From Methanotrichaceae archaeon (GTDB lineage: Archaea; Halobacteriota; Methanosarcinia; Methanotrichales; Methanotrichaceae): a DNA stretch of 34,177 nt. Position 1 is the stretch's first letter; each line of letters begins with the position of its first letter. The DNA lies in the NCBI GenBank assembly GCA_963754945.1, contig CAVWIG010000004.1, positions 1 through 34,177 of the forward strand. The letters run 5' to 3'. Shown here one piece after another: positions 28,607-34,177 of this stretch. Under the pieces are notes generated by a model. That model worked only from the letters and a program-made list of their open reading frames with translations. It was not told the DNA's origin and did no database searches. Both the position numbers and the translations under genes were made by a program.

Positions 28607-28706
28607 AGCCCTCAGAAGATATTCTAAAAATGTATTTTAATTTTGAAGAATTTAAATTTTTCTGCTGTACAATTTCGGTGTAAGGCGGCGGAAGGAATTC
28701 CGTCGC

Positions 28707-29156
28707 TTACTCGTAAAGCCATGCTTCGTCAATTCGTCTGTAATCCGAGATTTCGGACTCGGCAAAGTGCAGCGCGATCTCCCTGGCAGCCGATGCGGGC
28801 GAGTCCGATCCATGCACCACGTTTCGACCGGTCTCTATCCCCAAATCGCCCCGAATGGTTCCTGGCGTTGCCTCAGCGGGGTTGGTCGAGCCGTTCAGTT
28901 TCCTCATGCTCGCTATTGCTCCTTTGCCTTCCACCACCATGGAGACAGAAGGCCCTGAAGTGATGAACCCGACCAGATCGGCGAAGAACTTCTTACCTAT
29001 GTGCTCGGCGTAGTGCTCTCTTGCTTTCTCCAGGGGCATGACGACCAGTTTCATGGCTACGATCTTGAACCCTTTCTGCTCAATTCGCCGGATTATTTCC
29101 CCCACCAGGCCTCGCTGAACGCCGTCAGGCTTGACCATGACGAAGGTCCTTTCCAG
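28707..29156 (-). CDS. ndk: Nucleoside diphosphate kinase (probable CTG start)
   Basis: [23 protein letters not shown] and NVVHGSDS; 149 aa if started at CTG 29156. Confidence 0.93.
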   Translation of the reverse strand: MERTFVMVKPDGVQRGLVGEIIRRIEQKGFKIVAMKLVVMPLEKAREHYAEHIGKKFFADLVGFITSGPSVSMVVEGKGAIASMRKLNGSTNPAEATPGTIRGDLGIETGRNVVHGSDSPASAAREIALHFAESEISDYRRIDEAWLYE

Positions 29157-29158
29157 GT

Positions 29159-29329
29159 TCAGGCCCCCTTCCTGGCCCACTTGATGTGTCTCGTCACCCT
29201 GCCCAGGGAGTGGTTGTTCTGGCACTTAGACGAGCAGAAATAAAATACAGTGCCGTCCTTCTTGGCATAGAGTTTGCCTGTCCCAGGCGGAATCGTCCCG
29301 TTGCAGAACGAACACTTTCTGTCTTCCAT
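29159..29329 (-). CDS. rpl24e: 50S ribosomal protein L24e (missed by the ORF track, 56 aa)
   Basis: [56 protein letters not shown]; CxxC...FCSSKC; expected position between rps28e and ndk. Confidence 0.95.
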   Translation of the reverse strand: MEDRKCSFCNGTIPPGTGKLYAKKDGTVFYFCSSKCQNNHSLGRVTRHIKWARKGA

Positions 29330-29334
29330 CTCAA

Positions 29335-29547
29335 TCACCTGCTGGTCAGCTTCTTTGCTTCTCTGGCCGTCTCCAGCAGCATCAGGACATCGCCCATCCT
29401 TATGGGACCCATGCAGTTCCTGGTTATGATGCGGCCTTTGTTACTGCCATCCAGGATCCTGCATTTTATCTGGGTGGCCTCTCCATGCATCCCAGTGGTG
29501 CCGATGACCTCGATGACCTCTGCCGGAACTCCGTTCTCATCCACCAT
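29335..29547 (-). CDS. rps28e: 30S ribosomal protein S28e
   Basis: [16 protein letters not shown]...GRIITRN..GP...[16 protein letters not shown]. Confidence 0.95.
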   Translation of the reverse strand: MVDENGVPAEVIEVIGTTGMHGEATQIKCRILDGSNKGRIITRNCMGPIRMGDVLMLLETAREAKKLTSR

Positions 29548-29558
29548 TTCGAGATCAC

Positions 29559-29927
29559 CTACTTCAGAGCCTGTATTTTTTGAATGATCTCGTCGACCAG
29601 CTCTTTGCCTTTGCCTGGCTCGACTATGGCTGCAGCAGCGCTCTTCACGCCCAATCCAACTGCAGCGCCTATATCATTCTGCTTCTTGACGTAAATGTAA
29701 GGCGTCTTCTTCTCTTCACAGAGCGGAGGTATGTGTGCTACAATCTCCGGAGGCTGGACGTCCTCTCCAACGATGACCAGGCGCGCAACTCCGCGCTCTA
29801 TGGCCTTGGTGGCCTCATTAGTTCCCTTCTTTACCCTGCCTGTGTCTCGGGCCAGCTCAAGGGCCTCCAGAGACTTAGCAGCCAGCTCTGCTGGAACATC
29901 AAATCGTACGTATATTGGTCTAGCCAT
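29559..29927 (-). CDS. rpl7ae: 50S ribosomal protein L7Ae
   Basis: [25 protein letters not shown] and LCEEK; start MARPIYVRF with SD AAGGAG. Confidence 0.96.
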   Translation of the reverse strand: MARPIYVRFDVPAELAAKSLEALELARDTGRVKKGTNEATKAIERGVARLVIVGEDVQPPEIVAHIPPLCEEKKTPYIYVKKQNDIGAAVGLGVKSAAAAIVEPGKGKELVDEIIQKIQALK

Positions 29928-29940
29928 TGTTAATTCTCCT

Positions 29941-29966
29941 TCAGGGCAGAGTTTGCCCATCATCAT
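29941..29966 (-). promoter_or_regulatory. Kink-turn/box C/D-like element in the rpl7ae 5' UTR
   Basis: Minus strand AUGAU-GA-U-GGGCA-AACUC-UGCCC-U-GA-AGGAG: tandem G.A/A.G pairs, a U.U pair and a 5-bp stem abutting the SD. Confidence 0.75.
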
Positions 29967-30027
29967 TCATCGCAAAAATGCCTAACGGACTAGATCAGGC
30001 AGATTCTCATTGTGTAAAAAGGTTGCG

Positions 30028-30882
30028 CTACGGCTTAAGGAAAGCCGTAAGTACATCCTTTAGTTTGCTCGAGTCTACGGTTCCCGAGACCTCGGTTACT
30101 CCTCCTTTCGAAGACGTGGCCAGTCCGTACTGGTCAGAGACTCCCTTGGCCTTCTGGACGGTGGAGCTGTCCGGTTTGAGGTATTTGGCGGATAGAGCGT
30201 AGCCGTTGCCCGATTGGGTGACTCCGAGGTAGAACTCCCGGTACGTTCCGGAGGGACTTGTCTTATTCCCGCCTAGGCTTGCCACCTGCAGGTCAGCCTG
30301 CTCGCCTGAGGGCAAGGTGAACTTGTCTGTGGGAAGGCCGCCGGCAACTACGTCCAAGACGCCCTCTAGGGATTTCTGGGGCCCGAAGAGGACCGGCTTG
30401 CCTAGGACCATTGAGTAATCCGCGCTCTGAGGTATCATCATGTACCCGTTGTAGGGAACCACAAGGCTACTGTACGCCACTCTGTAGGGCTTTATCCAGT
30501 GGAACTCTGCCGAGCTGCCGTTGAAGTAGACTGCACCCAGGCGTTCGATCTTGTTCTGGTAGAGTCTGTCCCCGTAGCTCAGGCCGATGGCGGCCGGCAG
30601 GGCTCCTCGAGCAGCATCTGTGAGGTTCTGGGATTTTCCGAGGTCTATCCAATAAGCCAGGGTTGTGCTCTCCGGGGACATGCTGAGCACGTCATCAAGG
30701 CTGTTGAAGCTTTTGTCGACGAGCGTTCCTTGGACTCCGAAGGCATCGACAGAAACATTTTGCGTGGGTGGTTCAATTCCTGCTTCATTGCCGCCACGCA
30801 TTATGAAGCTCGGGAAAGCCGATAGGATCATCATTACCCCAATGAAGATCGCCAGTGCTGTGAGTCCTTTCTTCTGATTCAT
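30028..30882 (-). CDS. Membrane-anchored or secreted hypothetical protein
   Basis: N-terminal basic plus hydrophobic segment (MNQKKGLTALAIFIGVMMILSA); backbone-like codon usage. Confidence 0.8.
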   Translation of the reverse strand: MNQKKGLTALAIFIGVMMILSAFPSFIMRGGNEAGIEPPTQNVSVDAFGVQGTLVDKSFNSLDDVLSMSPESTTLAYWIDLGKSQNLTDAARGALPAAIGLSYGDRLYQNKIERLGAVYFNGSSAEFHWIKPYRVAYSSLVVPYNGYMMIPQSADYSMVLGKPVLFGPQKSLEGVLDVVAGGLPTDKFTLPSGEQADLQVASLGGNKTSPSGTYREFYLGVTQSGNGYALSAKYLKPDSSTVQKAKGVSDQYGLATSSKGGVTEVSGTVDSSKLKDVLTAFLKP

Positions 30883-30908
30883 CCGCAAGAGAGACGAGAT
30901 TATCTTAT

Positions 30909-32357
30909 TTAACCCTTATCAGGGATAAGGGGCTCATCCTGGCTGTAGCTCCGCTTTAGGTGTAGTGCAATCTCCGCCTTCTCCAGTTCCCGGCCAAGGT
31001 AACCGGCGTGGTCCAGGCGGGTGACAAGACCAGAGTCTATCAGAGTGTTGAGGATGTCTTTGGCGCTGGTGCCCGCGACCTTCATCGTTGGATGGCTGGC
31101 AACAATTTTCTCATCGGCGATGTGTATTTTAAAGCTGCCAGCATGGTCCATCTCAGATCTGTGGTCGGCCCCGGCTGGAGTGCACCGCTCCGAGATCTTC
31201 TCTTCAGGTCTGTGCCTCTTCTCCTTCAGAACCAGCAAGTCTATTCCCAGATCCTTGGGTGGGCTGTGTCTGTGACGAGCCAGCATCATCATATCAGATG
31301 CTGTCCGTAGCTCGCTGACGCCTCCTCTGGCCTTGGGGCTGTACTCCGGAGTAAATAGGATGCTGGCCTCTAGCTCTGACCCGAGGGCGGCAAGAATAGC
31401 GTTGGACCCTTGGGAGTCTGCGTCCAGAAGTTCCGTCACATTGCCGACGCCGAAGAACAGGGGCAGGTTCGGGTTTGCCCTCCTGAAATTGACGTAGCCC
31501 TTTATCGAAGCGGCAAGGCCCTGAAGAGGCGGGCTAAGCACAGGATCGGCTATGACCTGAATGCCGAAGGATTTTGCAGCCTCGACGTTCTCCTCAAGGA
31601 TTGTCTGTCCGGGTCCAGGAATTACAACCGCTGGCACTCCTGACCGGGCAACAGCTTCGTCCACCAGGGGAATATTGTCTCTGTTAAGGCTGAGCACCAG
31701 ATCGGCACCAGCACTAATCCCGCTCATTATCAGCTCAGGCTGGATGGTGTCGATGCTAACCGGAAGGTCAGTGACCTTTTTGGCAGTCTTAACCACGAAT
31801 GCGACCTGTTCCGGGCTGGCGTCAAGAGAAACTCCCAGGTCAATCATGTCTGCCCCCTGGCCCAGGTAGTACGATATCTTCCTGGTCAGAGTGGCTTCGT
31901 CCATCCGGGTGGCGTCCGCCACCTCGGCCAGCACCTTCATCCTTGAGTTGCCGCCGATCTTGACGCCCTTGATGGTCATAGCAGGTTCAGCCTCTGACTC
32001 AAGCGTTTCTATTGTGGACAGAGCATCTTTTCTCATCCGGCTCTCAAGCAGAACACACGCCGGGATGGATGTGGACAGCTCGACGTCGCCCAGGCGGCTC
32101 AGGACAAATCCAAGGTCCGTAGCATGCTTGGGCCCCAGGCGGATCTTCGTGCCCAGGGCCGCCTCAGCGGTGCTGAAGTCGGCTGTTGTGGCGCCAGGGA
32201 TGAGGATCAGGTCGTATCCTTTGGGCGCGGCCTGCCGCAGCATTTCCGGGGTAACGAAAGCTGCAATGTCCACGTCCAGCACCAGCACGTCCGCTTCTTT
32301 GGCGGAGGCCCTGACCAGATCCTGGGCCAGCCTGCCCGTGACGGCGAGAACCTTCAT
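30909..32357 (-). CDS. Dihydropteroate synthase-like protein with C-terminal DUF4346-type domain
   Basis: MKVLAVTGRLA, RLGPKHA.DL, GADMIDLG, PVSIDT, GVGNVTELLDADS and DHAGYLGRELEKAE. Confidence 0.87.
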   Translation of the reverse strand: MKVLAVTGRLAQDLVRASAKEADVLVLDVDIAAFVTPEMLRQAAPKGYDLILIPGATTADFSTAEAALGTKIRLGPKHATDLGFVLSRLGDVELSTSIPACVLLESRMRKDALSTIETLESEAEPAMTIKGVKIGGNSRMKVLAEVADATRMDEATLTRKISYYLGQGADMIDLGVSLDASPEQVAFVVKTAKKVTDLPVSIDTIQPELIMSGISAGADLVLSLNRDNIPLVDEAVARSGVPAVVIPGPGQTILEENVEAAKSFGIQVIADPVLSPPLQGLAASIKGYVNFRRANPNLPLFFGVGNVTELLDADSQGSNAILAALGSELEASILFTPEYSPKARGGVSELRTASDMMMLARHRHSPPKDLGIDLLVLKEKRHRPEEKISERCTPAGADHRSEMDHAGSFKIHIADEKIVASHPTMKVAGTSAKDILNTLIDSGLVTRLDHAGYLGRELEKAEIALHLKRSYSQDEPLIPDKG

Positions 32358-32728
32358 GCCTGGAAGATGGGTTTGAAAGGTAAAAACTCTATGCAAAGTG
32401 GAAATCGGATAAAGTGGATTTTCTGGGGGCTTTTATGGCTTTTGGAATTGCGGTGCAAATTCCAGATGGAATGTACGTTCCGATCATCGCGAAATTCCCA
32501 ATTGATCTGAAAGAATTCAATTGTCTGGGTCCTGCATGTCTAAATAAAAATGAGCGCCAGTTGATTACTGGTAAGAATTCGGGACCTAATCTGCTGTTCT
32601 TGATATTTGCATGCGGAGGATGAGAACCCCGCACTAGTTTGGGCAACAATAAGAACAGACTGTCCTGATTGACCAAAAGGGTTTTCGTTTAGAATCCTAA
32701 ATCTAGAGATTAGTAGGAGGTAGACCAC

Positions 32729-33475
32729 GTGGAAAGTAACGTGTCGAATTTGCCAATGGGGAAAACAGTAGGAGAAGCAGAGCCATTAATTGCTAAATTT
32801 CAGAAGTCTATAAGAGATGCTGGTTATCGTTATCAAAGTTGGGCCGAAAAGCAAAGTTATGTTCCCAAAGATTTCGACATTGCCGCTAATCTAGAGAAGA
32901 TTAAAGGGAGTTGGGTACCTGTTTGGCTGTTTGAAGTGTCCGCTGAGAGTTCCTGGCATGGAGCGGTTAGCTATATTGTAAATTATACTGAATATGAAAC
33001 TGAACTGGGACCAGGTGTTTATGATTCTAAGCAAGTCGCGGTTTCAAAAGAGCGTTTGGAATGGAGACCAACATCCGGAACTCATTTTGGTGAATATCTG
33101 GTCCAGGTATCTGCATCCAGAGCGATTGCACAGAAGGAAATAGAGGCTCTGAAATTTAAGCAATTAGATTTGAAGAGCTATGACGAATCATACCTGGACG
33201 GGTGGCAAGTACAGGCAACGGATCTGAATAAGATGGAAGCCAAAGAGATCTGCAATAAACGTATAGGTGAGTTTGAGAAGCAAGCCTGTAAGCGTCAGGT
33301 TGAAAGCCTTAATGGATGCAGTACCAAAATGACATACAATACCACAAATTTTGCCCTTTTGCCAATGTTCGTTTTATCCTATACATACAAAGATAAATTC
33401 TACCGCAATTTGATGAATGGACTGACAGGTGATGTATATGGTGAGATACCTGTCGACAAGACCAAAAAAATCTAG
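32729..33475 (+). CDS. Hypothetical protein, AT-rich, probably acquired
   Basis: 248 aa, strong SD AGGAGGT; motifs WVPVWLF and LLPMF...Y.YKDK.Y...MNGLTG.V.G..P resemble the C-terminal domain of bacterial zinc-ribbon-associated hypothetical proteins (from recall). Confidence 0.7.
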   Translation: MESNVSNLPMGKTVGEAEPLIAKFQKSIRDAGYRYQSWAEKQSYVPKDFDIAANLEKIKGSWVPVWLFEVSAESSWHGAVSYIVNYTEYETELGPGVYDSKQVAVSKERLEWRPTSGTHFGEYLVQVSASRAIAQKEIEALKFKQLDLKSYDESYLDGWQVQATDLNKMEAKEICNKRIGEFEKQACKRQVESLNGCSTKMTYNTTNFALLPMFVLSYTYKDKFYRNLMNGLTGDVYGEIPVDKTKKI

Positions 33476-33525
33476 CCAAAGAATGGGCTTCTGTTGCAGA
33501 TCCAGATACAGGAGGGTTTCGATTT

Positions 33526-34177
33526 AGTGTTGGTTAATGAAGCCTTAAATTCTTGCGTTAATATTTTCAATCTTTATAGTGGTTTTTTAGCATATTTCAC
33601 CCCTAAATTGGCTTATTAGATTTCAATTTACCTTGTTGTTTCTAATTTTTGCGCTTTTTTAGAGAGCTTCCGCTAGGCTGTTTGTTTATGCACTAAATAT
33701 TTCAACTGTTCCAGGTTGTAAACGACCGAATTCATCATGAATTTTACTCCAGCTCTTGCGACAGTTGTTACATAAACATGTGCTCCCTTATGCCCCCGCT
33801 TCATAACAGCGAAGCATCTTTCGATGTGCGATCGCGTTTTACTGATTCTCTTATTCCTCAGAAGATCTATGATTCCAAGCTTGTGACCTCTTGTAGCTTT
33901 TTTCATGGCTGCATCATATCCTCGAGTTTTTGCACCATCATATCCCTTATCGGCGTAACGTGGTAGCCCTTCAATTCCAAGATCTACCTGACTATCGTGT
34001 ACAGAAGCAGTTGTAGTCTCAAAATATCTGATAAGGTGGTAATTGGTATCGATTGAGATATGACCTTTATATCCGAAAAAGGATTTGACACCCTTTTTTG
34101 CCCAACTTCCCTCATTTATTGGCTCTTCTTCGAGTCTCTGTGGTTTGGCCTTGTCATCAATAATATTATTTGAAATA
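33526..34177 (-). mobile_element. IS5-family element, 3' part; end coordinate tentative
   Basis: Transposase plus an AT-rich trailer. The end is guessed at AGTGTTGGTTAATGAAG (about 33526); the partner repeat is outside the window, so it cannot be confirmed. Confidence 0.5.
33673..34177 (-). CDS. IS5-family transposase, C-terminal part (runs off the window)
   Basis: WAKKG...FGYKGH, TTASVHDSQVDL, YADKGY, RNKRISKTRSHIERCFAVMK and YNL. Confidence 0.88.
   Translation of the reverse strand, partial: ISNNIIDDKAKPQRLEEEPINEGSWAKKGVKSFFGYKGHISIDTNYHLIRYFETTTASVHDSQVDLGIEGLPRYADKGYDGAKTRGYDAAMKKATRGHKLGIIDLLRNKRISKTRSHIERCFAVMKRGHKGAHVYVTTVARAGVKFMMNSVVYNLEQLKYLVHKQTA

Noticed and set aside
29928-29966. 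N-terminal extension [13 protein letters not shown] of L7Ae in the ORF track
   Set aside because: These ATGs are part of the K-turn motif, and the SD points to ATG 29927.
32414-32623. Short ORF with faint resemblance to an Hsp70 segment (AFGIAVQIPDGMYVPII)
   Set aside because: Too short and too weak to call by eye.
33473-33619. Pyrrolysine readthrough of the TAG ending ORF 32729
   Set aside because: The extension runs into presumed IS5 trailer sequence, does not look protein-like, and no pyl genes are in the window.

Overview
Archaeal chromosomal segment, most likely from a Methanothrix (Methanosaeta)-like methanogen (inferred from gene content and protein style, not from a database search). 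The GC-richer backbone carries housekeeping genes: DUF63-type membrane protein, psmB, aCPSF1/FttA, two wHTH regulators, an ASH-Ski2-type helicase, trpS, a MutS5-type ATPase, moaC, nnr, a P-type ATPase, infB, the rpl7ae-rps28e-rpl24e-ndk operon and a DHPS-like protein. Three AT-richer accessory zones interrupt it. (1) 1-2200: a decayed IS630 inserted into a RelE/YafQ-type toxin gene, and a tnpA-only IS200 inserted into an MNT antitoxin gene. (2) About 17575-23800: a complete IS1-family element with an 8-bp target duplication, two secreted proteins, a tightly coupled operon (secreted Trp-rich protein, processive GT2 synthase, small membrane protein), an IS1 remnant and a truncated wHTH. (3) 32400-end: an orphan gene and an IS5-family transposase. 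The best candidate for an undescribed system is the GT2 three-gene operon. Also notable are a P-type ATPase with a rewired ion-binding site and a duplicated TGES loop, a probable CTG-initiated ndk, and a K-turn in the rpl7ae leader. No CRISPR array, tRNA or rRNA was seen.
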